64,000 nt of DNA from a virus. The first letter of the stretch is position 1. Every line of letters starts with the position of its first letter. The position numbers and the translations under genes are program-made. Where the stretch lies: the IMG/VR virus record IMGVR_UViG_3300049827_000271, positions 10,404 to 74,403 of that record; one strand, 5' to 3'. Under the pieces are notes generated by a model. That model made no database searches and was not told the origin of the DNA. It saw nothing but the letters and a program-made list of their open reading frames with translations. This document shows positions 27,815 to 37,386 of the stretch, piece by piece.

Positions 27815-29397
27815 TTGCTCAGGAGTAGGGTGTCAATCACAGCACCGTCCACTGTCACCGCCTCAAGCTTCAGACGGTCGCTCTCCACGTATCCGCGAAC
27901 AAGCCCGTGCGTGCTGTTAAACTTCGCCTTTGTGCCAGAGTGGTTTAAGGCAAGCGTGGTAAGCACGGCCCCGCTCCAGCCTCCAACAATGTGAGGAAGC
28001 CCTCCAACCTCGAACCGCTCATAGGCATGAGTGTGTCCGGATAACACCAAGTCTGCACCCCACGTCTTAAATGGCCACGAGCGCATCCATGTCTGGTTGA
28101 AATTTCCTGAGTGGTTTGTGTATGGCGGAACATGACTGACCACGATCTTCCACTTGGCTTGACTGGTTTGCAGTTGCGGCCTCAACCACCCGGCTTGCTC
28201 TGAATCGTATGTCCAGCCATCCGGCTCGTTTGTCCAAGTGCTGAGGAAGAACCAGTGAATGTCCCCGATCACCACGTCGTAGTAGTGTCGTCCGGCGGTC
28301 ACGGGGAAGAACCGATTGAACCCGGCGTACAGATCGCCGTCGTACGTGTCGTGGTTTCCGATGGCCGGCCAAAATCGGTTGGTGGCCGCCGTGGGCGTGC
28401 GCAAGTAGTCGTAGAATGTGTCCACGTCGAACACATCCCGATAGATCGGCATGTAGCTGTGGCGGACATCCCCTCCGTGGACGACGTAGCGAGGATTGAA
28501 CGACGCAGCCAGTTTCATCACGTCCGCAGACCAAGTGGTGCCAGCCTCTGTTGGTCCTGTGTCGCTGACGAAAACGAAATCCGCATCCGGGGACACTGCG
28601 GCATCCGCGTCGTAGCACGGGCTTCCCGTGGAACAACTCTGGCATGAGGCAGGACCGACGTTGACAATCCGGCGCTCCACCAAGTCCGCTTCCTCCTCGA
28701 TCATCCCGTCGATGATCAGGTTCTGGCGGTGCTCCTGCCACTTGTTCTCGTGCAACACCAGTTCGTTCGAGTCCGGCTCGAAATGCCGGATGTGCTCGGT
28801 CTTCACATACTCCAAGACCGCTTGGGACAACTCAGGGTCTTCCCAGATCAGGTCGCTGTCAGACCACGCCCGCTTGTACCCGGACCACTCCACGAGCAGC
28901 CGCTCGTTCGAGTTCAGCCTTGGCGCCACGTAGAGCCGCTCATTGTGCAGGGAGAACTTTCCGAATATAGCCCGATGCTGGGTCAGTTTGTTGAACCGTG
29001 AGTCCGACTTGACCAGGCCAATCGGCATGTCCGGCTCGCGCATAGGAAGCTCCCAGCGCTCAAAGAACCGGCGGGAAAACTCACGCAACTCATGGAGGTC
29101 GCGATGGAACTCGTAGTTTACCTCGCAACAGTTGTCCGCCAAGGAGACGATGCGGGAGATGCGTCCGCGCGGCGGATTAAGGATGACGGTCATGCCGCTG
29201 GCGCACTCGAAATAGCAATCGCAGAATGGGATGATGTCCCTGTGCTTCTCGGCCATCTTGGGGACGACCCGCTGAAGCTCAATCAGCGCCCCGACAAAGA
29301 AAAGGTCGTGAGCGCTGATCTGATTCTCGGCCTCGCCGTAGGGAAACAGGATAGCCCGAATCTGGGTGGTGAATTGCGAGTATGGGATCATTGTCAA
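27811..29397 (-). CDS. putative head-tail adaptor fused to a calcineurin-like metallophosphoesterase
   Basis: C-terminal half has SDTG, HGGD, GNHD, SHVP and GHTH motifs; the N-terminal assignment is from position and pattern only. Confidence 0.75.
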   Translation of the reverse strand: MTMIPYSQFTTQIRAILFPYGEAENQISAHDLFFVGALIELQRVVPKMAEKHRDIIPFCDCYFECASGMTVILNPPRGRISRIVSLADNCCEVNYEFHRDLHELREFSRRFFERWELPMREPDMPIGLVKSDSRFNKLTQHRAIFGKFSLHNERLYVAPRLNSNERLLVEWSGYKRAWSDSDLIWEDPELSQAVLEYVKTEHIRHFEPDSNELVLHENKWQEHRQNLIIDGMIEEEADLVERRIVNVGPASCQSCSTGSPCYDADAAVSPDADFVFVSDTGPTEAGTTWSADVMKLAASFNPRYVVHGGDVRHSYMPIYRDVFDVDTFYDYLRTPTAATNRFWPAIGNHDTYDGDLYAGFNRFFPVTAGRHYYDVVIGDIHWFFLSTWTNEPDGWTYDSEQAGWLRPQLQTSQAKWKIVVSHVPPYTNHSGNFNQTWMRSWPFKTWGADLVLSGHTHAYERFEVGGLPHIVGGWSGAVLTTLALNHSGTKAKFNSTHGLVRGYVESDRLKLEAVTVDGAVIDTLLLSK

Positions 29398-29424
29398 TCC
29401 TCGCCCACCGCAAGGGCGAGCGCG

Positions 29425-29922
29425 TTACTCGGGCGGCTTCCCCTTGCGCGGGGTCGGCACGGGCTGTCCGGATGGATTGACCGGCTCACGCCGGGAGCCG
29501 GCCAAAGCCTTGGCAACGAGCACAGCGGGAGCCTCCGCAGGAGGAGCAGCCGACGCGGCCTGATCCGCGGCAGGCTGGGCATTGGATGCCGTTCCGAGAG
29601 GATTGGCCGACTCCGGCTTGTAGAGGCGCAGGTTGTTGGTGGACGGCCCGGAGTTCGGCTTCCACCCAAGGGAGGCCAGTTTTTTTTTGAGATCGGCGAA
29701 CGTGGTAGCGTCGATGGATACCACGCCTCCAATGTGGCGCTGGGCCGCCAACTCAAGTTCGGAGATTTGCTTGGCGAGACGCTGGCCATCCGGCGTGTCT
29801 TGCGCGGCCACCGTCTCATCCAAGGCGATGAGCCGGATGTGCTGTCCGATGACGTTGTAAACCGGCTTGGAGCCGTCGCTGAAGAAGAACTCAGCCCTAC
29901 CTTCGTGCTTGAAGTATTTCAT
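29425..29922 (-). CDS. hypothetical virion-operon protein with an Ala/Pro-rich tail
   Basis: 165 aa, co-oriented in the operon. Confidence 0.6.
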   Translation of the reverse strand: MKYFKHEGRAEFFFSDGSKPVYNVIGQHIRLIALDETVAAQDTPDGQRLAKQISELELAAQRHIGGVVSIDATTFADLKKKLASLGWKPNSGPSTNNLRLYKPESANPLGTASNAQPAADQAASAAPPAEAPAVLVAKALAGSRREPVNPSGQPVPTPRKGKPPE

Positions 29923-29943
29923 GGTCGGTCTTTCGTCACTGGG

Positions 29944-30471
29944 TTATTTTCTCCACTGCGCATACCACAACCAGTAGCTGGTGTTTGTGGTCCGCGCAAC
30001 CGTGTTGGTGACGAAGTGCCCGACGTAAACCTTGTTGGTTCCAGCGTTGGTAGCCCCCAAGTAAAGCAGGTACTGGGCGTTTCCGAGGTGGCTGACCGCG
30101 ACATTCGTTCTGAATAGCGAGTAATTGCTGGCCGGAACACTGTAAACATAGATCGAGTTGTTCGTGCATCCAATAATACCGTCGTAGCTTGGTTGAAAGA
30201 TGTGGATGACGGAATTCGCGCTGTTGCTGAACGACTTCTGACCGACGATGATGTCGATCCCGGTGGTGTTCTGCAACAGTTCGATCTTGGCCGCGGTCGG
30301 CATGTTGGAGGCAACACCGATGTTGATCTCGGTAGGTCCATTCGTGATTTGAACTTGCAGGAACGTGGTGTTCGCTGTTGCCTTCGGCGTCCAAGTATCA
30401 GCCGACAGGGCGGTCAAGCAAAGAGATACAGCGATCCCGATGACGGAGGCGATTTTAGTGAAGATCTTCAT
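29944..30471 (-). CDS. signal-peptide-bearing Thr/Asn-rich beta protein
   Basis: MKIFTKIASVIGIAVSLCLTALSA-D Sec-type signal; many TN/NT motifs; directly after the capsid gene. Confidence 0.7.
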   Translation of the reverse strand: MKIFTKIASVIGIAVSLCLTALSADTWTPKATANTTFLQVQITNGPTEINIGVASNMPTAAKIELLQNTTGIDIIVGQKSFSNSANSVIHIFQPSYDGIIGCTNNSIYVYSVPASNYSLFRTNVAVSHLGNAQYLLYLGATNAGTNKVYVGHFVTNTVARTTNTSYWLWYAQWRK

Positions 30472-30516
30472 TTGATTCTGCGTTTCGATTTTGTTCGGTT
30501 TTCGTTTCTTTCGAGA

Positions 30517-30545
30517 ACGCGGGCGGCGGTCTGCGCCGCCCGCGT
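30517..30545 (-). terminator. GC-rich hairpin after the capsid gene (terminator or mRNA stabiliser)
   Basis: 12-bp perfect stem ACGCGGGCGGCG / CGCCGCCCGCGT; weak U tract. Confidence 0.5.
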
Positions 30546-30560
30546 CACACCACACTACAC

Positions 30561-32333
30561 TCAAGGGATGACACTGCAAGCTTTCGTGTAATCCACCGAT
30601 CCACGCGAGATCGGTTCGATTTCCTGGCCCAGACCCTGGAAGATCAGGCCAGCCTGTGGGGCATTGCACACAGCGGTCCACCCAATGTTAATCAGTTCGA
30701 TCCAGCGTTTGCGTCCGCTGATCTGGCACTGGAATTGCGGGTTGACCTGCGCCAGCTTCTCAATGTCGCCAACCATGCGGCTGACCTTCTTCGTGTTGAT
30801 GATCCCCATCCGGTTGTACTTCCAGGGGAGAATCCAGAGTTGGCGGCCCGCCGTTTCGATCCCGGCGGAAGTGCGCCGCATGAGAATGTCGTCAAACGCA
30901 TCATGAAAGACGACGCGCAGGGTGACGCCCGGCGGGTACTGGAGCGGGTAGTCCTTGAAGAACACGTTCGGCATGGACGTGTCCTGCTTCGGGCTCAGGT
31001 CCATGAGGGACATGAGCGTGCCGCGCGTCTGGTCCTTCAGCATGTCAATCATGGCCGCGTTCCACGTTGGATACATGGCCTTCGGCATGAGCACCTCCAC
31101 CGTGTTCCACGAGGGCATCCCGATGTCCCGGCGATAGCGGGTCAGCATGTAGAGCACGTCGATAAACGCCGCCATGTTGAATTTCTGGCCGGCGATGTCG
31201 ATGACGCGACCGCGCGCGTAGTGCTGCCAGTAGATTCCGACCGCATTGGCCTTGCGGCTGACGTACTCAGTCGCTCCGGCGGTGACACTGGAGCCAATCA
31301 CGCCCGACGGATACTTGAACTCAGTCTTCGGGAGATCGCGGTAGAGGCTCAACGTCTGGTTGGAGTCGTAGGGCTGTCCAAAGAAGAACTGCTCGGCCAG
31401 GCGCATCTTGAAGTCCTCCGCGGCCTGCACGCGATAGCGGGCTTCCGGGAGATCGTAGAACTCTTTGTAGAGCGGGTTTCCATCGAGCAATCGGGCTTGC
31501 CAGAGACGGTAGGACTCGCTCACATTGAATGCGTCTTGCGAGAACTGAATCCAGAACGGATCAAGCTGGTTCGAGAGCAGTCCGGGCGGCTGGTAGCAAT
31601 AAGGCTCGAACTCGCTGACGTTGTTGACCCCGCGAGTGAGTTCTCCAATGACGGGCGGAGTGAGATTCGGATTGGTCGCCCCCCAGTCGAAGGTGCCAGC
31701 CGGACTCGCGCCCATCGCCGGCTTCAGAACGAGCGTGCCCGCGCTGTACTTGATGACCTGCCATTGCGTGGGGCTGACGATACCGCCATCCGTGACTGTG
31801 ACCGCTTGGACGAACATGGGGTTGGACGAGTCGATCAACCACCACGCCTCGTCATTCGGAACTCCTCCAGGACTGGAGATCGTGACCAGCCAGTAGCCGC
31901 CGGCTCCATCGGGTGTTCCGTCCACCAAGCAGCGCCGGCCGCCCGTGATGTTCCACGACTGGTTGTTGATCGGCTCTTCGCGCCGCGCCCAGATGTAGGG
32001 CTTGACCTCGTACTCGCCGCTCATGTTTTCCGGGGCAGAGAGCTTGGCGCTCATGTCGATGGCGTTGTCGGCCAGCAAATCGAAGAGGCCGTATCGCTTG
32101 ATCCCCAATGCGTTGATGGTCAGGCGCCACATGAACAGGTCTTTCATGTTCCGCCAGTTGTAGTCGGGGTTGCCGGAGGTGAAGATGTTGGTCAACTCGT
32201 CCGGTTTCGGGTATTCCAAATTGGTCTGCGACATCAGGCCGCTGACATCCACAGAACTGCGGATGGCCGGCGCGCACTGGGCGAAGAACGTGGTGGGCGA
32301 AAATGATGCGACTTTATTTTCTGCGGATGGCAT
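30561..32333 (-). CDS. probable major capsid protein
   Basis: 590 aa, follows portal and scaffold, strongly biased codon usage, flanked by hairpins; EQFFFG...GI pattern compatible with an HK97-type spine helix. Confidence 0.65.
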   Translation of the reverse strand: MPSAENKVASFSPTTFFAQCAPAIRSSVDVSGLMSQTNLEYPKPDELTNIFTSGNPDYNWRNMKDLFMWRLTINALGIKRYGLFDLLADNAIDMSAKLSAPENMSGEYEVKPYIWARREEPINNQSWNITGGRRCLVDGTPDGAGGYWLVTISSPGGVPNDEAWWLIDSSNPMFVQAVTVTDGGIVSPTQWQVIKYSAGTLVLKPAMGASPAGTFDWGATNPNLTPPVIGELTRGVNNVSEFEPYCYQPPGLLSNQLDPFWIQFSQDAFNVSESYRLWQARLLDGNPLYKEFYDLPEARYRVQAAEDFKMRLAEQFFFGQPYDSNQTLSLYRDLPKTEFKYPSGVIGSSVTAGATEYVSRKANAVGIYWQHYARGRVIDIAGQKFNMAAFIDVLYMLTRYRRDIGMPSWNTVEVLMPKAMYPTWNAAMIDMLKDQTRGTLMSLMDLSPKQDTSMPNVFFKDYPLQYPPGVTLRVVFHDAFDDILMRRTSAGIETAGRQLWILPWKYNRMGIINTKKVSRMVGDIEKLAQVNPQFQCQISGRKRWIELINIGWTAVCNAPQAGLIFQGLGQEIEPISRGSVDYTKACSVIP

Positions 32334-32396
32334 AGCGTATTTCAGTTTGACTGTTTCATCGAGTTTATCGAATGCACAGTACGTTAATCCGTACGC

Positions 32397-32429
32397 AAAA
32401 GGGCCGTCGCCTTTTTATGCGACGGCCCT
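32397..32429 (-). terminator. rho-independent terminator-like hairpin between scaffold and capsid genes
   Basis: 11-bp stem AGGGCCGTCGC / GCGACGGCCCT running into a short T tract on the minus strand. Confidence 0.6.
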
Positions 32430-32482
32430 ACCAACCGCAGGCTTTGCCTGACACGCTCGCCCGCGCGGTTAGAGTTCTCCGC

Positions 32483-33946
32483 TCAACCATCCCCGTAAAA
32501 CGCTCTGGCAAACACATTCATGGCCGAAGCCTCCTTGGCCGGAGCCGGACTTCCCGGCATAACCGCGGCCCCCGTGGAAGGTGAGGATGGCTTAGAGTCC
32601 GCAGCGGGAGCCGCAGCTTGAACCGGAGCCGCAGCCGTCGGCTTTCCTGGGGTGATCCCATGCTTGGCTAAGATTCGTTCTGCCTGCTTTCGAGCTTGTT
32701 CAGCGGCCTTGGCCGCATCACGGCTGATGATATTGGCCGCAGCGTGCTGCACGTATTCGGGGGTCAACGTCCAGTGCTTGGCCTTCTCGGCTCTTGACAG
32801 CCGGTTGAATTGCGGAAGCGGAACAAACTCTCGCCCCTTGTCGTCCACCCTCAGTTCAGGGGTGGAAGCAATGTCCTGATCCAATGATTTGCAGAATGTC
32901 TCCACTTCTTTCAGCGCCTCTTCCGACATGTCTGCGCCGGAAAAGGCCATGCGCGTGCTCTTCGTGAAGTTACTGACCCGTCGCACCGCATCCACCAAAA
33001 TATCTCCGTCATCCGGGCGGGCTTCCAGATATTGCTCAACCCGTTTCTTGTCCAGTTCCCCGTCAGAATCCAAGATGGCCGCCGCATCCTTGCTACCAAG
33101 TAGATCAGCCGCCACCTCGACAACCTGCACGGCATCTCGTTTGGCCAGCGGAGCGGCCTCCATCGTGGCCAGCCGTCGCTCCAGCGCGAGGTTGCGCTCG
33201 ATCTGTTCATCCAGCCTCCGCTGGATAGGAACTGTCTCCCGTTTGAGCTTGGCGACTTCCAAATCTTCATCCGTGAACTCAACGCCCAACGCCTTCCACA
33301 ACCCAGACGCCTCCTCGCCCTCCGGATCAAGTGACTTCTGCTTGATTGTCTCGATCACACGCTTCACCCCGTCCGCTGTTCCCTTCGGGTACTTGCGCGG
33401 GTTTGTAATCTCCAGTACTTGCGCCAGTTCAACCTGCTCGTTTTCCTCCGGAAGAAGCTCCACTTGGATACGTTGTGGTTGCTGCTTGGCGACCGCAGTG
33501 GCCACGGCAGAGGCGGCGGCGGAGGCGGCCACTTCGGCGATCTCCCGCTTATCCTCCGGGGCCATCCCTTCATAGCCCTTCGGGGTCTTCAGCTTCTTGA
33601 AGGCTGGCTTGACCGGCTCTTCCGGCTTCTTCTCCTCCGGCTTCTTCTCCTCCGGCTTCTTCTCCTCCGGCTTCTTCTCCTCCGGCTTCTTCTCCTCCGG
33701 CTTCTTCTCCTCCGGCTTCTTCTCCTCCGGCTTCTTCTCCTCCGGCTTCTTCTCTTCCGGCTTCACTGGCTCTGGAGCCGCGGCGCCCAAGAACGATCCA
33801 GATAGTCCCGAATCAACTGGGACAGGTGTTTCAGTTCCGCCAGCAGGTGTAGTTTCCGGCGCAGTCGCAGACGGCTTGACCTCCGCTGGCGCTCCGCCAT
33901 CGGCAGGCTTTGGGTCAAGGAGCAATTTGAGTGTGTGCATGTTCAT
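32483..33946 (-). CDS. probable capsid scaffolding protein
   Basis: Charged, Pro/Ala-rich, coiled-coil protein between portal and capsid genes; (PEEKK)n repeat. Confidence 0.65.
   Translation of the reverse strand: MNMHTLKLLLDPKPADGGAPAEVKPSATAPETTPAGGTETPVPVDSGLSGSFLGAAAPEPVKPEEKKPEEKKPEEKKPEEKKPEEKKPEEKKPEEKKPEEKKPEEKKPEEPVKPAFKKLKTPKGYEGMAPEDKREIAEVAASAAASAVATAVAKQQPQRIQVELLPEENEQVELAQVLEITNPRKYPKGTADGVKRVIETIKQKSLDPEGEEASGLWKALGVEFTDEDLEVAKLKRETVPIQRRLDEQIERNLALERRLATMEAAPLAKRDAVQVVEVAADLLGSKDAAAILDSDGELDKKRVEQYLEARPDDGDILVDAVRRVSNFTKSTRMAFSGADMSEEALKEVETFCKSLDQDIASTPELRVDDKGREFVPLPQFNRLSRAEKAKHWTLTPEYVQHAAANIISRDAAKAAEQARKQAERILAKHGITPGKPTAAAPVQAAAPAADSKPSSPSTGAAVMPGSPAPAKEASAMNVFARAFYGDG
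33621..33764. repeat. 15-bp tandem repeat, 9 full copies plus a partial, encoding PEEKK
   Basis: TCCGGCTTCTTCTCC units starting at 33621. Confidence 0.95.
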
Positions 33947-34227
33947 TGTTGTTCGATTTTGATTTTGTTGTGGTGTGTCTTGGCCCTGAACTCTTTGAAC
34001 AAGGCCAGAAATCGTGACAGTTCCAGCGCCCGCTTGTAATCTTCGCTTGACCCCAAAGTCAATTCGTTTTCCGTCATTCCCTCCAGCGCCCCTTGCGAGA
34101 ATTGAATCCTAAGATGGTCTATCTCCGCACGCACTGTCTCCAAGAACTGATCCGCGTCACTCGATCTTAGCCAAGAGATAATCCGGCTGCTCCGCGCGTC
34201 CTCCAGGGGTTCTAGTCTTGATGTCAT
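33943..34227 (-). CDS. small protein between portal and scaffold
   Basis: 94 aa, ATGA overlaps on both sides. Confidence 0.7.
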   Translation of the reverse strand: MTSRLEPLEDARSSRIISWLRSSDADQFLETVRAEIDHLRIQFSQGALEGMTENELTLGSSEDYKRALELSRFLALFKEFRAKTHHNKIKIEQQ

Positions 34228-36902
34228 TGCGGAGGCATTTGTTCCATAGGCGATGGCGCAGGTGACGGCATGGAGGGCGGCTGGGCCAGCGTTGCGATCA
34301 CCTGCTCCAATTGTCCGATATGCGTGGCCAGCGTCTGCTCGTCCTGCTTGGTTTGGATAAGCGCGTTGGTCACTTGTGTAAGCCGAGCTTGAATCTTCTG
34401 CAAGGCCGGCCCAATCTCTCCGTTGACCGCCTGCATGGACTCCTGCACCGCAACTTGCACGGCTTGAGCCATCATCTGCTGAAGCTGGTCAGATTGCGGT
34501 GGCGGTGCGCCCTGTCCATCTTGTGTCTTGGGAGCTTGCTCTTTGGCATTGGCCTGCTGTTGAAACGCGGCTTCACGCATTTTCGACGGGACAAGCCCAG
34601 CCTGCGCCTCGATCTGTGCTTGAACATCCGGCGGCGCCGTGTCGTAGCGGATTGTCTCGAAGATTTTGAGCGGAGGACGTATCGCCCCTGTCGGCTCTTC
34701 CGGCGGACGCGGGGGCAGGAACTTGTAATCCTTCGGCGCCCCAAGTAGCGGGGCCGCGCGATTGATCAATTCGATCAACTGCTCGCGCGCTCCGGGGCTT
34801 CCGTCATTTATGAACGGGACCGCCAATTGCATGAGTTGGATCATCACGTTCGCCAATTGCTGGCTGACCATACGATTGGCCAGCGTCCGCTCGGACACAA
34901 AATCATCCACGTCCAGAAGTTCCTTCTTACCCTTGACGCTGTGCCGCTTTCCACCGGCGGGCATGGTCGATCCTTTTCCAACATCGAATCCCAAATCATT
35001 CAGAACCTTCAGCGCATCCTCGTCGGCGTCCACCACATGGGTAGTGAACTCCGAGTCTCCAAACGCCGCCCAGTAGCGGATGACCCGGCGCTTCAGCGTG
35101 TCCAAAAAGTCGTCGAAAAATCCTCCCGTGTAGGTCAGCCTGGTTGTGCTCTGCTGACCTACTGCTGTCGTCTCAGCGGCGGTTGTAACGCGCGGTGCGT
35201 TGACCCCGAACTCATTGGCGCTCATTCCGAGCACGCGCTCCATCAGGCTCAGGTACGTGTTGAGGGCAACGATAAGCGAAGTGGTGTCTTGGTATCCGAA
35301 TGTGATCGGATGGAATATCCGTTGAGGGTCTATTCCGGCCTGTTTGAATTTTCTGGCGCTGAACGGAACCCAGAGCACATGGTTGTACTCGTGAGCCTCC
35401 GCCTTGATATTTTTGATCGCATCCGTGACCCCCTCGGAATCCTTGTCGTACCAAACGATCTTCACCAAGTTCTGCTTCACTGTAAGCCGGTGCTGGCTCA
35501 CCAGGTTCTGCACGAAATCCTGGTGGGGCATGGCCAGCAACGCCAAGGACGCTTGTGTGCTGCGGCTCTCGTCCGTGTCCCATCCACAGAACATCACCGG
35601 ACAGTCCGGTAGAGGCTCGGCGAAGGTGATCGCCGAGTCGGAGGCAATGACCAAACGGAACCAGAGCGGACAGTCGTAGTCGCCAAGTTCGTAACGGCTC
35701 GGCACAACCTTGACCGCCATGTCCGCCAAGAACAGTGCGTTATCACGCTGATTGCTCGTGTAAAGCGTGCTCTGAAAAGCCCGGTCCCCGTTTGCCTCCG
35801 CATTATACCAAGCCTCCAACTGGTGTGGCACATTGGCCGTGCATGGATACACCTCTTGGAAGTAATTCCAAGAGACAGTCGGATGAAACCAGCAGGTTCC
35901 GTAGCTGATCCTGTCCTTATTCCAGTACTTCGGATCATCCAGGACCGCTCCGTAACGGTCCACATACCAGTGGGCCGCCCAAGTGCAGCCCGTATCCGTG
36001 TTGAAACTGGAAATCGGGTGAACCAAGTCCCAGCCCATGCGCGACGGGTGTGGGATGAAAAATCGCAACCCCTCCTTCTTCGTCCGCTTCTTTCCGTCTT
36101 CCATGTCCTGCTCGTGGTGCCACGCCTCGCGGATGAATACGAGTTGATTGTTGTACATCGCAGCTTGCAGCAGGGCAGTGCGCGCCGAGGACTTTAATCC
36201 GTATTGCTGGACCATCCGCTCCAGTAGATTGGTGAGAATCTGGCACTTCAAGTGTGACTCCTCGGTCCAGATCAGCGGATCGCATGGCAGCCAAGGAACA
36301 CGGTCGCGCTCGACAAACAGCTTGGCCACACGAGCGTCCACAATCGCTTTCACCAACGGGATGCGAACCTTCCAGAACGTCTCGTTCTTACGCACCCGTT
36401 GCATCTGCGCGGAGTTGGCTCCAGACGGACTGGTGGGCGTGCTGGGAATCTCGAAGAAATCAGACTCGTTCAATTGCCAGTTCTTAATCCCCTCCAGCAG
36501 CTTGGCCTCATCGTTCAACGAGCCGAACGAGAGTTTGTTCAGCAAGGTCGGAGTGATCGACGAGGTGGCGTCGTACATCACGCTGTCAATGGCCGCGTAG
36601 GTTCGGAATTCCCGCAGGTTGCGCAGTCGAGTTTCCCGCAGGCGCGCGGCCACCATGTCCACAAATGTCTTCTGCGGCCCAGTCAGCTTGCTGACATCCT
36701 GATCGAAGATTTTTTGAAGGGTCTTGCTGCTGATCCCAATCCGCTTCTCGAATTCGTTGGTCAGCAGCGGCTCCTCTGGCTTGGCTGTCGGAACCTCGGG
36801 CAGCACGGCGGTCGCGGCAGCCGACATGTTGCGTGACTCCGTGGTAACGTGCGAGCCAAGCACGTTGGTATCAATGGCCGCGGCGCTGGCGATGGGCTTC
36901 AC
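34224..36902 (-). CDS. probable portal protein
   Basis: 892 aa near the terminase; TTAAETTAV motif (TAxE-like) and a Gln-rich C-terminal coiled coil, as in P22-type portals. Confidence 0.75.
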   Translation of the reverse strand: MKPIASAAAIDTNVLGSHVTTESRNMSAAATAVLPEVPTAKPEEPLLTNEFEKRIGISSKTLQKIFDQDVSKLTGPQKTFVDMVAARLRETRLRNLREFRTYAAIDSVMYDATSSITPTLLNKLSFGSLNDEAKLLEGIKNWQLNESDFFEIPSTPTSPSGANSAQMQRVRKNETFWKVRIPLVKAIVDARVAKLFVERDRVPWLPCDPLIWTEESHLKCQILTNLLERMVQQYGLKSSARTALLQAAMYNNQLVFIREAWHHEQDMEDGKKRTKKEGLRFFIPHPSRMGWDLVHPISSFNTDTGCTWAAHWYVDRYGAVLDDPKYWNKDRISYGTCWFHPTVSWNYFQEVYPCTANVPHQLEAWYNAEANGDRAFQSTLYTSNQRDNALFLADMAVKVVPSRYELGDYDCPLWFRLVIASDSAITFAEPLPDCPVMFCGWDTDESRSTQASLALLAMPHQDFVQNLVSQHRLTVKQNLVKIVWYDKDSEGVTDAIKNIKAEAHEYNHVLWVPFSARKFKQAGIDPQRIFHPITFGYQDTTSLIVALNTYLSLMERVLGMSANEFGVNAPRVTTAAETTAVGQQSTTRLTYTGGFFDDFLDTLKRRVIRYWAAFGDSEFTTHVVDADEDALKVLNDLGFDVGKGSTMPAGGKRHSVKGKKELLDVDDFVSERTLANRMVSQQLANVMIQLMQLAVPFINDGSPGAREQLIELINRAAPLLGAPKDYKFLPPRPPEEPTGAIRPPLKIFETIRYDTAPPDVQAQIEAQAGLVPSKMREAAFQQQANAKEQAPKTQDGQGAPPPQSDQLQQMMAQAVQVAVQESMQAVNGEIGPALQKIQARLTQVTNALIQTKQDEQTLATHIGQLEQVIATLAQPPSMPSPAPSPMEQMPPQ

Positions 36903-37318
36903 TTCGATCCTTTCGGTGGGTTTCTGCCGATGCGCGAGGCCAGCCCGATCCTGTCCGGACGGCGGCGCATGGGCATCGCTTCCTGCTCTTCTGCTGTCTC
37001 CTCTGCGTCTTCTCCGCCCGTGTCTTCAGAATCATCTTCTCCTTGATCCTCGGATTCACATGGGGCGATGGACAGAAGATCGCACCGCACACCCTTGTCG
37101 TATTTCTCGGCGCTGAGTGCGGTGATCTTCATCCTGAACGTGCCTTCGATGATCTGCCCCAACTTCAGGGAGCAACATTCTCCAAGCTTTTCGACAAGAT
37201 CATCGCGGAAGGACACGCTGGGATAAGTCTTTCCAGGACTTGATTGTTGAGGCGTTGCCGGAGAAGTGAGGCTGTCCTTCGATGGGGAAACCCCCAAGTC
37301 GATCTCGTTGTCGTTCAT
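36899..37318 (-). CDS. acidic hypothetical protein, first gene of the virion operon
   Basis: D/E-rich stretch; stop overlaps the portal start; start at ATG 37318 preferred. Confidence 0.6.
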   Translation of the reverse strand: MNDNEIDLGVSPSKDSLTSPATPQQSSPGKTYPSVSFRDDLVEKLGECCSLKLGQIIEGTFRMKITALSAEKYDKGVRCDLLSIAPCESEDQGEDDSEDTGGEDAEETAEEQEAMPMRRRPDRIGLASRIGRNPPKGSK

Positions 37319-37386
37319 ATTTGCAAGCTGTTGAAGTTTCGTTACAGTAAGTAGAACTTTCGGACAAACTCGCCGATTGTCAAGAC

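Noticed and set aside
30735-32306. 523-aa + strand ORF (and similar long antisense ORFs at 15000-16253, 9066-10139, 54518-55597)
   Set aside because: Antisense shadows of GC3-rich genes, with no motifs of their own.
33621-33764. Possible CRISPR array
   Set aside because: Direct tandem units with no spacers, in frame within a gene.
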